Shown: piece after piece, positions 18,524 to 28,383 of the stretch
Position numbering within the stretch: the first letter of the stretch is position 1
Layout of the letters: each line of letters opens with the position of its first letter
Source of the DNA: Alphaproteobacteria bacterium
GTDB taxonomy: Bacteria; Pseudomonadota; Alphaproteobacteria; UBA6615
DNA length: 37,176 nucleotides
Reading direction: 5' to 3'
NCBI GenBank assembly: GCA_965261975.1
Contig: CBDHEC010000027.1
Span: 1 to 37,176 of the forward strand
The notes under the pieces: generated by a model
Seen by the model: the letters and a program-made list of their open reading frames with translations, nothing else
What the model was told of the DNA's origin: nothing
Databases searched by the model: none
Translations under genes and position numbers: made by a program

Positions 18524-19627
18524 ATGGCAACGGAAAACGCAGACGCCTATCTCGAGGTCGACAACCTCGTAAAATATTTCGGCGACGACAAGGCGGTCGA
18601 CGGCATCTCCTTTGGCATTCCGAAGGGTGCCTTTCTGACGCTGCTGGGCCCGTCGGGTTGCGGTAAGACGACGACGCTGATGAGCATCGCCGGACTGCAC
18701 TCGATCGACGGTGGTCGCATCCGGGTGGGCGAGACGGTGTTCACCTCGCCCAAGGAAGGCCTGTTCCTGCCGCCGGAGAAACGCGACATCGGGATGGTTT
18801 TCCAGAGCTACGCCATCTGGCCGCACATGACGGTGGCGCAGAATGTCGCCTATCCGCTCGAGATCAGGGACTGGCAGCGCTCGGATATCGATGATCGGGT
18901 GGCCGAAGTGCTCGCGCTTGTCGGCCTGACCGACTGGGCCGACAGCCTGGCCACCAACCTCTCGGGTGGCCAGCAGCAGCGCGCCTCACTGGCGCGCGCG
19001 ATCGTCTCGAACCCGAGCCTGCTCCTGTTCGATGAGCCGCTATCGAACCTCGATCTCAAGCTGCGGGAGCATATGCGTGTCGAGCTCAAGCGCATCCAGA
19101 ACGAGGTGGGCATCACCTCGATCTACGTCACCCATGATCAGTCGGAAGCGCTGGTCATGAGCGACGAGATCATCGTCATGAGCAAGGGCAAAATCGAACA
19201 ACGCGGCGGCCCGGTCGAGATCTATTCGCGACCGGTCAACGAATATGTGTCCAACTTCATCGGCGTGGCCAATCTCATGAAGGCGAAGGTCATCGAAGTC
19301 AGCGAGCCCGGTATCGGCAAGGTCGAAGTTGCGCAGGACGGTCAGGCGGTGCAGTTGCCATGCCGCCTGGGCCCCGGAATCGAGGCCGGAAACGACGCCG
19401 TGCTTTCGGTCCGCCCGGAGAATGTCCAGGCCGTCGGCGAGAGCGGCGACGGCACGCTCACCGGAGAATGCACCCATGCGATTTTCCTCGGCAGCTATGT
19501 CGATTGCCGCGTGAAATGGGGCGACTTCGAGTGGAAAGTCATCACCCATCCCCGAAACCACCCGCGTACCGGCGAGAAGGTGCATCTGCGCTTCGATGCC
19601 GAACACACCCTGGCGGTGCAGCCATGA
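18524..19627 (+). CDS. ABC ATP-binding protein 1 (FbpC/PotA-like, C-terminal TOBE-type domain)
   Basis: [33 protein letters not shown]. Confidence 0.93.
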   Translation: MATENADAYLEVDNLVKYFGDDKAVDGISFGIPKGAFLTLLGPSGCGKTTTLMSIAGLHSIDGGRIRVGETVFTSPKEGLFLPPEKRDIGMVFQSYAIWPHMTVAQNVAYPLEIRDWQRSDIDDRVAEVLALVGLTDWADSLATNLSGGQQQRASLARAIVSNPSLLLFDEPLSNLDLKLREHMRVELKRIQNEVGITSIYVTHDQSEALVMSDEIIVMSKGKIEQRGGPVEIYSRPVNEYVSNFIGVANLMKAKVIEVSEPGIGKVEVAQDGQAVQLPCRLGPGIEAGNDAVLSVRPENVQAVGESGDGTLTGECTHAIFLGSYVDCRVKWGDFEWKVITHPRNHPRTGEKVHLRFDAEHTLAVQP

Positions 19628-20742
19628 CCATGAATACTGACGTCAAAGTCTCGATCGAGCATCTCTACAAGAGTTACGGTGCGGAAACGGCCGTCAAGGA
19701 TTTCAACCTGGATATCACCCAGGGTGAGTTCGTGACGCTGCTCGGCCCGTCGGGCTGTGGCAAAACCACGACCCTGCGCTGTGTCGCCGGCCTGGAGCGG
19801 CCGGAAGAGGGCGAGATCCGGATCGGTAACGAGACCGTCGTGGCTCCGGCCAAGGATATCTACCTGTTCCCGGAGCACCGCAATATCGGCATGGTCTTCC
19901 AGAGCTACGCCGTGTGGCCGCACATGACCGTGTTCGACAATGTCGCCTACGGGCTGCGTGTGCGGCGCGCCTCGGGCTCGGAGATCAAGACCCGGACCAT
20001 GAAGGCGCTGGAACTTGTCGGCCTCGACCATCTGGCCGACCGCTTCGCGACCAAATTGTCGGGTGGCCAGCGCCAGCGCGTGGCGCTCGCCCGCGCGATC
20101 GTCTACGAACCGGAGGTCATCCTGTTCGATGAGCCGTTGTCGAACCTCGACGCCAAACTGCGTGAGCAGATGCGCGACGAGATCGTGCGCCTGCAGAAGG
20201 AGGTCGGGATCACCTCGATCTTCGTGACCCATGACCAGTCCGAGGCGCTCGTAATGAGCGATCGGGTCGTGGTGATGGACAAGGCCGTGATCCAGCAGAT
20301 CGGCGATCCCGAGGATATCTACGCCAACCCGGTGAATTCGTTTGTCGCCAACTTCATTGGTGTGACCAGCCTGCTCGAAGGCAAGTTGACCGGGCGCAGC
20401 GGCGATGCCTGCGAGGTCGAGGTGCCGTCATCGAATGGCGGTGCGCCCCTGAAGCTGCGCGGTGCGGGTGCGTCCGGCGCAAACACGGGTGACCAGATTT
20501 TCCTCAACCTGCGTCCCGAGGATGTCCAGCTGCACCTCGAAGCCCCCGATGCGTCGGATGGGAAGAACGTCATCGAGGGTCAGGTCATCGATACCATCTA
20601 TCTCGGCAGTTTCCTCGAGGGCCGGGTCCGCGCGAGCGGCCACGAGATCGGCATCCAGATCGACCATTACGAGAATCTGAGCCCGGACCAGACGGTCTGG
20701 CTCACCTTCCAGCCTGAACATGGGCTCTGCCTGACTGAATAG
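19624..20742 (+). CDS. ABC ATP-binding protein 2 (FbpC/PotA-like, C-terminal TOBE-type domain)
   Basis: ATGA overlap with the previous stop; GPSGCGKTT, LSGGQRQR, ILFDEPLSNLD, VTHDQ. Confidence 0.93.
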   Translation: MTMNTDVKVSIEHLYKSYGAETAVKDFNLDITQGEFVTLLGPSGCGKTTTLRCVAGLERPEEGEIRIGNETVVAPAKDIYLFPEHRNIGMVFQSYAVWPHMTVFDNVAYGLRVRRASGSEIKTRTMKALELVGLDHLADRFATKLSGGQRQRVALARAIVYEPEVILFDEPLSNLDAKLREQMRDEIVRLQKEVGITSIFVTHDQSEALVMSDRVVVMDKAVIQQIGDPEDIYANPVNSFVANFIGVTSLLEGKLTGRSGDACEVEVPSSNGGAPLKLRGAGASGANTGDQIFLNLRPEDVQLHLEAPDASDGKNVIEGQVIDTIYLGSFLEGRVRASGHEIGIQIDHYENLSPDQTVWLTFQPEHGLCLTE

Positions 20743-20751
20743 GGGAACCTT

Positions 20752-21693
20752 ATGGGTTTGCGTTTTCTCGTCCTCGGCGCCGGCGGGGTCGGCGGCTATT
20801 TCGGTGCCCGGCTGACCGAAGGCGGCGTCGACACCACCTTCTTGGTGCGCGATGCCCGGCGCGACCGCCTGCGTGAGGGTGGGATCAAGATCCAGTCCGA
20901 TTTCTTCGACGACGCCGATGTGCCGGTGGTCCAGGCGATCACGGCTGACGAGATCGACGGGCCTTTCGACGTTGTCCTCGTGACCTGCAAGGCCTATCAG
21001 CTCGATGCCGCGATGGAGACGATTGCGCCCGCCGTCGGTCCGGACACGGCCATTCTCCCCGTCCTTAACGGGATGAAACAGATCGATATGCTGAGCGCGC
21101 GGTTCGGTGCCGAGCGGGTGCTTGGTGGAACCACCTATATTGGCGCCCGCCTTGACGCGGACACCGGCGATATCGCTCATTTCGGCGATTTCCACCGCAT
21201 CGCCTTCGGCGAGCTCGAAGGCGGCAGCTCGGATCGGGTCGAGGCAATCATGGCGCTCAACGACCAGGTGAAGTTCGACCTCGACCTGACCGAGGGTATT
21301 TCTCAGGTCATGTGGGACAAGTTCGCCATGCTGTGCGCCATGTCCTCGGTCAACACGCTGACCCGCGGGACCGTGGGCGAGATTCTCGACACGCCGTCGG
21401 GCCATGATTTCCTGACGGCCGCGCTCGCCGAGACCCGCGATACCGCCGATGCTCTCGGGCATACGGTCTCCGAGAAAACCATCACCATGTACGAGAAGAT
21501 GTTTTCGACACAGGGTTCGAAATTCGCATCGTCCATGTTGCGTGATGTCCTCGCCGGGCGTCGGACAGAGGGCGCTCACATCATCGGCGACATGGTCGAC
21601 CGGGCCCAGGCGGCAGGGCTGCACACGCCGATTTTGCTCGCTGCGCGCGCGGGGCTCGCCGTACATGAGAAGAAGGTCGCCGCGGACGCGTAA
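20752..21693 (+). CDS. Ketopantoate reductase (PanE/ApbA) family 2-ketoacid reductase
   Basis: GAGGVGGYFG, TCKAY, LNG, MWDKF, SSMLRD..GRRTE. Confidence 0.9.
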   Translation: MGLRFLVLGAGGVGGYFGARLTEGGVDTTFLVRDARRDRLREGGIKIQSDFFDDADVPVVQAITADEIDGPFDVVLVTCKAYQLDAAMETIAPAVGPDTAILPVLNGMKQIDMLSARFGAERVLGGTTYIGARLDADTGDIAHFGDFHRIAFGELEGGSSDRVEAIMALNDQVKFDLDLTEGISQVMWDKFAMLCAMSSVNTLTRGTVGEILDTPSGHDFLTAALAETRDTADALGHTVSEKTITMYEKMFSTQGSKFASSMLRDVLAGRRTEGAHIIGDMVDRAQAAGLHTPILLAARAGLAVHEKKVAADA

Positions 21694-21719
21694 GAACTGC
21701 ACCAAATCCGGAGGTTTCG

Positions 21720-22259
21720 ATGGACATCAATAATCTTTCGGTCGCCGAGATGGAGGCCTTCGTAGCCAGGTTCGCCGACCTCACGGGGTCCGATGAGGCA
21801 TTCGTCGACAGCCGCCTGCCGGGGCACAAGCGCTTCAAGATCAATCTCGTCGGCATGGGCGTGGTCGAGGCCGCTGGTAAGCCGGAACTCCGCCCGAACA
21901 TCCCGCTGCCGGCCAAGGGCTTCAACCTCGGCATGATCCAGGCCGAGACCGGCAACGGTGCGGCACTGCATTCACACGAAACCGAAGAGGTTTTCATGCC
22001 CCTGATCGGGCCGTGGGAGGTCTATTGGGCGACGGAAGAAGGCGACCGGTCCATCACGCTGCAGCCCTTCGATTCGATCAGCGTCCCCATGGGCGTGTAT
22101 CGCGGGTTTCGTCATGTGGGCGAGGGCACGGGCACGCTGCTCACGATCATCGGCGGGCCGGATGCCGGGCGGGTGGAGTGGCATCCGACGATTACCGATG
22201 CGGCCGCCGAGACGGGCCTCGCGCGTGACGCGGACGGCGATCTCAAGGTGACGGCATGA
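21720..22259 (+). CDS. Cupin-domain protein
   Basis: GNGAALHSHETEEVF (HxHxxEE) and DSISVPMGVYRGF cupin motifs. Confidence 0.82.
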   Translation: MDINNLSVAEMEAFVARFADLTGSDEAFVDSRLPGHKRFKINLVGMGVVEAAGKPELRPNIPLPAKGFNLGMIQAETGNGAALHSHETEEVFMPLIGPWEVYWATEEGDRSITLQPFDSISVPMGVYRGFRHVGEGTGTLLTIIGGPDAGRVEWHPTITDAAAETGLARDADGDLKVTA

Positions 22260-22999
22260 GCGCGGGGGCCGCACTGGTCACCGGTGCGTCGACCGGTCTG
22301 GGCCGGGAAACAGCGTTGACGCTGGCGCGTGCGGGCTACGATGTAGCGTTGGCGGACCGTGAAATCGGACTTCTCGACGCGGTGATGGAGCATCCGGACC
22401 TGGCCGGCGTGAAGGCCATGCCGGTGGAGCTTGAGCTCTTGTCCGAACAGAGCATCCGCGACGGGATGGCGGCTGCCATCGATGGCCTGGGCGGGCTCGA
22501 TACGTTGGTCAATAATGCCGGCCGTACGTTGCTCCAGAAGGTGGTGGATGTCACCTGGGATGAGTGGGATTCGGTCATCGGTATCAATCTCAAGGGCGCC
22601 TATTTCGCGGCCGCCCGGCTCGCCGAACACTGTATCGCCGAGGGGAAACCCGGCTCGGTGATCAACATTGCGTCGACCCACGGGATGACCGGCTTCGCAG
22701 GCCGCTCGGTCTACGGTATCTCGAAGGGCGGATTGATCCAGATGGCCCGTATGCTGGCCATCGAATGGGCCGACGACGGTATCCGCGTGAACGCGGTGTC
22801 GCCGGGGACCGTGTTGACGGAATCCCGTCAGAAGCTCCTGGACAGCCCCGAGGTGCGCGCGCGTATGCAGGCGCGCATTCCAACCGGGAGATTTCCCGAG
22901 GCGCAGGAGATCGCCGACGCCGTACTTTTCCTGGCGAGTGCCGGCCCGTCGTTGACCGGGCAGGTGATTGCCGTCGATGGCGGTCTGACGGCTGAATAG
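22256..22999 (+). CDS. Short-chain dehydrogenase/reductase
   Basis: TGASTGLG, LVNNAG, INIAS, YGISK catalytic motif, VNAVSPG, VDGG; ATGA overlap with the cupin gene. Confidence 0.92.
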   Translation: MSAGAALVTGASTGLGRETALTLARAGYDVALADREIGLLDAVMEHPDLAGVKAMPVELELLSEQSIRDGMAAAIDGLGGLDTLVNNAGRTLLQKVVDVTWDEWDSVIGINLKGAYFAAARLAEHCIAEGKPGSVINIASTHGMTGFAGRSVYGISKGGLIQMARMLAIEWADDGIRVNAVSPGTVLTESRQKLLDSPEVRARMQARIPTGRFPEAQEIADAVLFLASAGPSLTGQVIAVDGGLTAE

Positions 23000-23008
23000 G
23001 GTCTGCGC

Positions 23009-23704
23009 TTAGTCCTCGCCGAGGACGGCCACCGCGCGGATCGGGCTGCCGGTGCCGCCGCGGATTTTCAGCGGGAAACCAATAAACCGGAACCGCCCCT
23101 TGCCGACCACCTTATCGAGGTTGGTGAGCCCTTCCATATGGGTGAAGCCCATGTCGCGGCACACGAGGTGGACCTCGAAATTGTCCTTGCCCGGGCGGCC
23201 GGGGCTCACGGCCTCGACGCCGAACATGACGATGCCCTTGGCCCCGAGCCATTCGGCGGATTCCTTCGTCAGGCCCGGGAAGTCGGTGAGGAATTCGGGC
23301 GTGCCGAAGGTGCGGTCATAGTGGGCCATGTAGAGGAAAACCGTGTCGCGCGGCTTGATTTCAACGCCCGCGGCCTTCTCGGCGGCCTCGAGTTCTTCCA
23401 CGGAAATCCTGCTCTTGAGCTCCTTGTGGGAGAGATCGAGGCACACGGCTTCAGTGTAGAAGTCCTCGAGCGGCATCTGATCAACGGAAAGCGCGTTCGG
23501 GTCGGAGTCGAAATGCACCGGCGCATCGACATGGCTGCCCGTGTGCTCGCCGAAGGACATGAACTTGGACGCGATGGAGAATTTGACACCCTCGGCCTCG
23601 CGAAAGGTGTCGTGGGTGTTCCAGTCGGTGATGACAGCCGGCGGGTGGTTCGCCAGGGTCGGGCATTTGTGGAATATCTCGCCGCTCAGATCGATCAGTT
23701 GCAT
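23009..23704 (-). CDS. Cyclase family metal-dependent hydrolase (kynurenine formamidase/isatin hydrolase-like)
   Basis: EHTGSHVDAPVHF, FPGL, HMEGLTNL, PLKIRGGTGSPIRAVA. Confidence 0.9.
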   Translation of the reverse strand: MQLIDLSGEIFHKCPTLANHPPAVITDWNTHDTFREAEGVKFSIASKFMSFGEHTGSHVDAPVHFDSDPNALSVDQMPLEDFYTEAVCLDLSHKELKSRISVEELEAAEKAAGVEIKPRDTVFLYMAHYDRTFGTPEFLTDFPGLTKESAEWLGAKGIVMFGVEAVSPGRPGKDNFEVHLVCRDMGFTHMEGLTNLDKVVGKGRFRFIGFPLKIRGGTGSPIRAVAVLGED

Positions 23705-23742
23705 TTTTTCGTGCTCCCCCAGAAACCCGTGTCAGGGTTCAA

Positions 23743-24186
23743 TCAGTTCTCATTTTCGTAGGTTTCGACGCCGCCGAGATCGGACAGATCTTCCTCGCGG
23801 CCGCGCAGTTCGATGGTGTTGCGATCCGGGTCGCGCAGGAAGACCGAGACATGTCCGCCGCGCCCGAATTTCACGGGCCCTTGCGTGATCTCGATGTCGT
23901 TCTCGTTCAGCAGCCGGATGCTGTCGGCAATAGAATCCACGCGGAACGCCACATGGGTGAACCCGGGATATTTCGTGGCCACGTCCATCAGGATGTTGTC
24001 GCCGCCATTGTCGTCATTGGCGTTGAAAACGAGGTTCAGCTCAACCTCGGCATCGTTCATGACCACGGCGACCGGATCGTTGCCCGCCTTCCCGATGATC
24101 TTGAATCCGAAAAGTGCATAGAAAGCCAAGGCGCGGTCCAGGTCGGCAACGCGGATGCCGATATGGTCGATGGTCTCGATTTTCAT
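23743..24186 (-). CDS. VOC (glyoxalase/bleomycin-resistance) family protein
   Basis: IDHIGIRVADLDRALAFY, THVAFRV, FLRDPDRNTIEL. Confidence 0.88.
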   Translation of the reverse strand: MKIETIDHIGIRVADLDRALAFYALFGFKIIGKAGNDPVAVVMNDAEVELNLVFNANDDNGGDNILMDVATKYPGFTHVAFRVDSIADSIRLLNENDIEITQGPVKFGRGGHVSVFLRDPDRNTIELRGREEDLSDLGGVETYENEN

Positions 24187-24258
24187 GGGCTTGTCTCTCC
24201 GGCGGTGCTGCGGTTCGAGTTTAGGGGTTCGGCGTGGCTTGGCAATGATTGGTCGGGA

Positions 24259-25185
24259 CTAGGTGAAGATCGCCATCATCGCCGGAATCGTAAGAATCGC
24301 AATCAGGGTGTGGGTCGTGAGAATCGCGGCCATCAACTCGTGATCGCCCCCCATCTGGCGGGCCAGCACGTAGGACGAGGTTGATGTCGGCTGGCTGTGG
24401 AACAGGACGAGCATCGCCAGCACCGATGCCTCGAGGCCGAGCAACATGCCCAGCCCCAGCGCAACCAGGGGGGTCGCCACCAGGCGCATCAGGCTCGATA
24501 TGAGTATCCCCGGCAGATGCGCACCGATCGAGGCAAGGCGGAGGCCCGAGCCTGCGGTCAGCAGCGCCAGTGGCACGCCGGCCCCCGCCAGCATGGCGAG
24601 CGTGGAATCCGCGACCTGCGGGATCGGCGGATCGACGAGATTGATTGCGATTCCAAGCGCGGTGGCGACGATGAAGGGGTTGGTGAGCAGGCGCTTGGTC
24701 AGCGCGCCCAGATTGGCTTCACCCTGTGTGCCCCAGCGTGCGAGCACGAGCACGCTCAGGAAGTTGACCGTCACGGTGAAGAAAGCGACGGCGACAATAA
24801 CCAGTGCCGCGCCGTCGGCGGGCAACAGCACCGGTGCGGCGCCCAGGATGATGAAGAAGTTTGCCCGTACGGAGCCCTGAAATACCGATGTGAAGCTGGC
24901 GTCGTGATCCACCAGAATGCGCGACAACAGGGGGCGAAGAAGGATCAGTACTGCCGCGACGATAAAAATCGCGCCAACGAGCGCGACGGCCATCCGTGCG
25001 AAGGGCAGGCTTCCCAGGTCGGCCTGATACAGGTCGTGGATGACCAAGGCCGGGATCGCGAGATAGTAGGCGAGCCGTTCGATCGGCCGCCACATCGCGT
25101 CGTCGGGTAACCAGAGCGCCTTGACGGCCCAACCGATGGCGATGAGCAGGAAGACGGGCGCGAGCGCGAGAAATGTTGGAACCAT
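24259..25185 (-). CDS. AEC (auxin efflux carrier) family transporter
   Basis: About 10 TM segments; PVFLLIAIG, PALV, FTSVFQG, NPFIVA, PLALL, PTSTSSYVLARQMGGD. Confidence 0.88.
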   Translation of the reverse strand: MVPTFLALAPVFLLIAIGWAVKALWLPDDAMWRPIERLAYYLAIPALVIHDLYQADLGSLPFARMAVALVGAIFIVAAVLILLRPLLSRILVDHDASFTSVFQGSVRANFFIILGAAPVLLPADGAALVIVAVAFFTVTVNFLSVLVLARWGTQGEANLGALTKRLLTNPFIVATALGIAINLVDPPIPQVADSTLAMLAGAGVPLALLTAGSGLRLASIGAHLPGILISSLMRLVATPLVALGLGMLLGLEASVLAMLVLFHSQPTSTSSYVLARQMGGDHELMAAILTTHTLIAILTIPAMMAIFT

Positions 25186-25225
25186 GGGTGGGCCGATGGC
25201 GTTCGGGCCGGGCCGAACGCGGTTG

Positions 25226-25993
25226 TCAGTGGCTCAGGATCTGGCTGAGAAACAGCTTGGTCCGTTCCGACTGGGGATTGTTGAAAAACTCGTCGGGGTT
25301 GTTCTGCTCCACGATTTGCCCTTCGTCCATGAAAATCACCCGGTCTGCGACCTGCGAGGCGAAGCCCATCTCATGGGTGACAACCAGCATGGTCATGCCG
25401 GTGTCCGCAAGATCGACCATCACGTCGAGCACTTCCTTGATCATCTCCGGGTCCAGCGCGGAGGTCGGCTCATCGAAGAGCATGATCTTGGGCTTCATGC
25501 AGAGCGATCGCGCGATGGCAACCCGCTGCTGCTGACCGCCCGAGAGCTGACCGGGGAACTTGTCGGCCTGCTCGGGTATTTTCACCCGCTCGAGAAACTC
25601 CATCGCCACCGCTTCGGCCTCGGCCTTCGGTGTCTTGCGGACCCAGATCGGCGCAAGCGTGCAGTTCTCCAGAACCGTCAGATGGGGAAACAGGTTGAAC
25701 GACTGGAAAACCATGCCGACTTCCCGGCGCACCGCATCGATGTTCTTGAGGTCGTTGGTCAGGCGGGTGCCGTCGACCACGATGGAGCCTTCCTGATGTT
25801 CTTCAAGCCGGTTGATGCAGCGGATCAGGGTGGATTTGCCGCTGCCTGACGGACCGCAGATCACGATGCGTTCACCCTCGGCGACGCTCAGGTTGATATC
25901 GCGCAGCACATGGAACGATCCGTACCATTTGTTGAGGCCGTCGATTTCGATGGTGGGGCCGTCGGCGGATGCTTGAGCTTCGGTTGTGGACAT
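25226..25993 (-). CDS. aapP: General L-amino acid ABC transporter ATP-binding subunit
   Basis: [58 protein letters not shown]. Confidence 0.93.
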   Translation of the reverse strand: MSTTEAQASADGPTIEIDGLNKWYGSFHVLRDINLSVAEGERIVICGPSGSGKSTLIRCINRLEEHQEGSIVVDGTRLTNDLKNIDAVRREVGMVFQSFNLFPHLTVLENCTLAPIWVRKTPKAEAEAVAMEFLERVKIPEQADKFPGQLSGGQQQRVAIARSLCMKPKIMLFDEPTSALDPEMIKEVLDVMVDLADTGMTMLVVTHEMGFASQVADRVIFMDEGQIVEQNNPDEFFNNPQSERTKLFLSQILSH

Positions 25994-26005
25994 ATCGTCC
26001 TCCGG

Positions 26006-27118
26006 TCAGCGTTTGTCGGTGTCGAGCCGCCGCTCCAGGCGGATCGAGTATCGCGATATCGAAAAACAGATCACGAAGAAGAACAGGGCAGCGAGCAAGA
26101 AGGTTTCGTGATCGACCTTGCCGATCCAGTCGGGGTTGGTCTGCAACAGGCGTGCCTGGCCGAGAATATCGAACAGGCCGATGATGATGACGAGCGTCGT
26201 GTCCTTGAACAGGCCAATGAAGGTGTTGACGATGCCCGGGATGGAGATTTTCAGCACCTGGGGCAGGATGATCAGCCGCATCGATTGCCAGTAACCGAGC
26301 CCCATGGCTTGCGCCGCCTCATACTGGCCCTTGGGGATCGCCTGGAGGCCGCCGCGGATCACCTCGGCCATGTAGGCGGATGCGAAGAGCGTGATCATGA
26401 TCATCACGCGCACGAGCTGGTCGAGCGATACCTCGGGCGGCAGGAAGAGTTGCAGGATCACGATGGCGACGAACAACAGGGTGATGAGGGGCACGCCACG
26501 GATGAACTCGATGAACCCGACAGATAAATAGCGAACGATCGGAAGTTTTGACCGGCGGCCGAGTGCCAGCATGACGCCGATGGGCAGGGACAACACGATC
26601 CCCGCGAGGCCGGCCACCAGGTTGAGCATGAAGCCGCCGAATTTGTCGGTGGTCACGCCTTCGAGCCCGAAGCCGCCCACCAGCAGGATCGCGGCGATGA
26701 CCGGGTAGGCCAACGAAAACCATCGCCCGTAACGCGCATACGGAAGTCCGTCGAATAAGATGAACGCGAGTGCGGGAAACAGCAGGACGATGCTCAGATT
26801 GACGCGCCAATAGGACTCTTGCGGATAGAAGCCATACAGGAACTGGTCGATGCGCTGGTCGAGCCAGGCCCAGCAAGCGCCCTCGGCGGTGCATTCGGAG
26901 CCGGTCGCACCTGTGAAGTCTGCCGAGAAGAACGCCCAGTCGAGCAGGGGCGGCACGGTCCAGTAGAGCAGCAGAAGCGACAGCAGAGTCAGCGTTGTGT
27001 TGAGCAGCCCGCTGAACAAGTTGGTGCGTACCCAGCCTAACACGCCAACAGTCGAGGACGGCGCGGGACGCTCCTTCAGCATTTCGTCATGGTTGCGATG
27101 GAAGGCGTGGTTGCTCAT
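26006..27118 (-). CDS. aapM: General L-amino acid ABC transporter permease
   Basis: WVRTNLFS, GACWA, LALGRRS, RGVPLITLLF, AYMAEVIRGGLQA, FKDTTLV; ATGA overlap with aapQ. Confidence 0.92.
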   Translation of the reverse strand: MSNHAFHRNHDEMLKERPAPSSTVGVLGWVRTNLFSGLLNTTLTLLSLLLLYWTVPPLLDWAFFSADFTGATGSECTAEGACWAWLDQRIDQFLYGFYPQESYWRVNLSIVLLFPALAFILFDGLPYARYGRWFSLAYPVIAAILLVGGFGLEGVTTDKFGGFMLNLVAGLAGIVLSLPIGVMLALGRRSKLPIVRYLSVGFIEFIRGVPLITLLFVAIVILQLFLPPEVSLDQLVRVMIMITLFASAYMAEVIRGGLQAIPKGQYEAAQAMGLGYWQSMRLIILPQVLKISIPGIVNTFIGLFKDTTLVIIIGLFDILGQARLLQTNPDWIGKVDHETFLLAALFFFVICFSISRYSIRLERRLDTDKR

Positions 27119-28305
27119 CGTTCCACCAGCGCAATGTGTTTGTTGTACCAGTTCATGAAGGCCGATGTGAGCAGACTGATCGTCAGATAGAAGAGCATGA
27201 AGATCGAGATCACCTCGAGCGCCTGGCCGCTCTGGTTCAGGACGGTGTCGCCAATCGAGACGATGTCCTGGTAGCCGATCGCCACGGCCAGCGAGGAGTT
27301 TTTGGTCAGGTTGAGATACTGGCTGGTCAGTGGCGGAATGATCACGCGTAGCGCCTGCGGCAGGATGATCTTGCGTGTCGTGAGGCCCGGGCGCAGACCG
27401 AGCGCGTGCGCGGCCTCGGTCTGTCCCTTGGAGACCGACAGGATTCCCGCACGCACGATCTCGGAAATGAACGCGCCGGTATAGGTTGCAAGCGCGAGCC
27501 AAAGGGCGACAAGTTCAGGTGTTACGGTGAGCCCGCCGCGCAAGCGGCCGAACCGGTTTGCGACGGGAAGGTTCCAGTCGAGGGGCTGCCCGGCGGCGAA
27601 GAAGACAACGATCGGCAGTCCGAAGATGAGTGCCGCCCCTGCCAATGCGACCGGGAAGGTTTGGCCTGTTGCTTCCTGTCGCGCGCGCGCCCAGCGCGCC
27701 GTCGCAAACGTGCCGATGAACCCGACGGCGATCGCGATGAGGACGTATCCCCACCCTTCAAGAAAGACCGGTGCGGGGGTCGAGATGCCGCTGTTGTTCA
27801 GAAATATGGAATCGCCGATATGCAGGCTGTCTCTGACCTTTGGCAGAGCGAGAAGAATGACCCACCAGAAAATTATCTGCAGCAGCACCGGTACATTGCG
27901 GGTGAATTCGACATAGACCGTAATGAGGCGGCTGATCAGGAAATTATTCGACAGGCGCAGGACGCCGGCCGTGAAGCCGATGATCGTTGCCGTGACGATG
28001 CCTAGCGCGGCGACAAGGATGGTGTTGAGCCCGCCCACGACGATTGCGCGGCCATAGGTCGAGGTCGAGGCGTACTCGATAAGTCTCTGGTTGATGTCGA
28101 ACGATGCAGTGTCGTCGAGAAAACCGTAACCGGCGGCGAGGCCGGCGCTCTGCAGGTTGGCAATCGTGTTCGAGACGATGAACGCGATGAATAAGAGAAG
28201 TCCGAGCGCGAGCGCCAGTTGCAGGATGATGCCGCGCGCATACTCGTCGCGCCAAAGGCGGCTGACGCCCGTCGGTTCGTCGGCGGTGGCCGAGGTTTGG
28301 GTCAT
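27115..28305 (-). CDS. aapQ: General L-amino acid ABC transporter permease
   Basis: GYGFL..TASFDI, STYGRA..GGLNT, RNVPVLLQ, PPLTSQYLNLTKNSSLAVAIGY, NQSGQALE. Confidence 0.92.
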   Translation of the reverse strand: MTQTSATADEPTGVSRLWRDEYARGIILQLALALGLLLFIAFIVSNTIANLQSAGLAAGYGFLDDTASFDINQRLIEYASTSTYGRAIVVGGLNTILVAALGIVTATIIGFTAGVLRLSNNFLISRLITVYVEFTRNVPVLLQIIFWWVILLALPKVRDSLHIGDSIFLNNSGISTPAPVFLEGWGYVLIAIAVGFIGTFATARWARARQEATGQTFPVALAGAALIFGLPIVVFFAAGQPLDWNLPVANRFGRLRGGLTVTPELVALWLALATYTGAFISEIVRAGILSVSKGQTEAAHALGLRPGLTTRKIILPQALRVIIPPLTSQYLNLTKNSSLAVAIGYQDIVSIGDTVLNQSGQALEVISIFMLFYLTISLLTSAFMNWYNKHIALVER

Positions 28306-28338
28306 ATCCGAAACGTCAGAGGACTGTTTGCGAAATCA

Positions 28339-28368
28339 AGACCGCCCGGCGATTTCGCCGGGCGGTCT
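28339..28368 (-). other. Intercistronic stem-loop between aapJ and aapQ
   Basis: AGACCGCCCGGCG-N4-CGCCGGGCGGTCT, a 13-bp perfect stem. Confidence 0.75.
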
Positions 28369-28383
28369 CTATCTCAGACGTGG

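Noticed and set aside
20752-21693. Assigning the symbol panE and a pantothenate-biosynthesis role
   Set aside because: Family membership is clear, but the catabolic operon context and absence of panB/panC here leave the substrate uncertain.
12590-24186. Genomic island integrated at tRNA-Val
   Set aside because: No integrase or transposase, no duplicate of the tRNA 3' end that I could find, and no obvious compositional shift by eye; the accessory content alone is insufficient.
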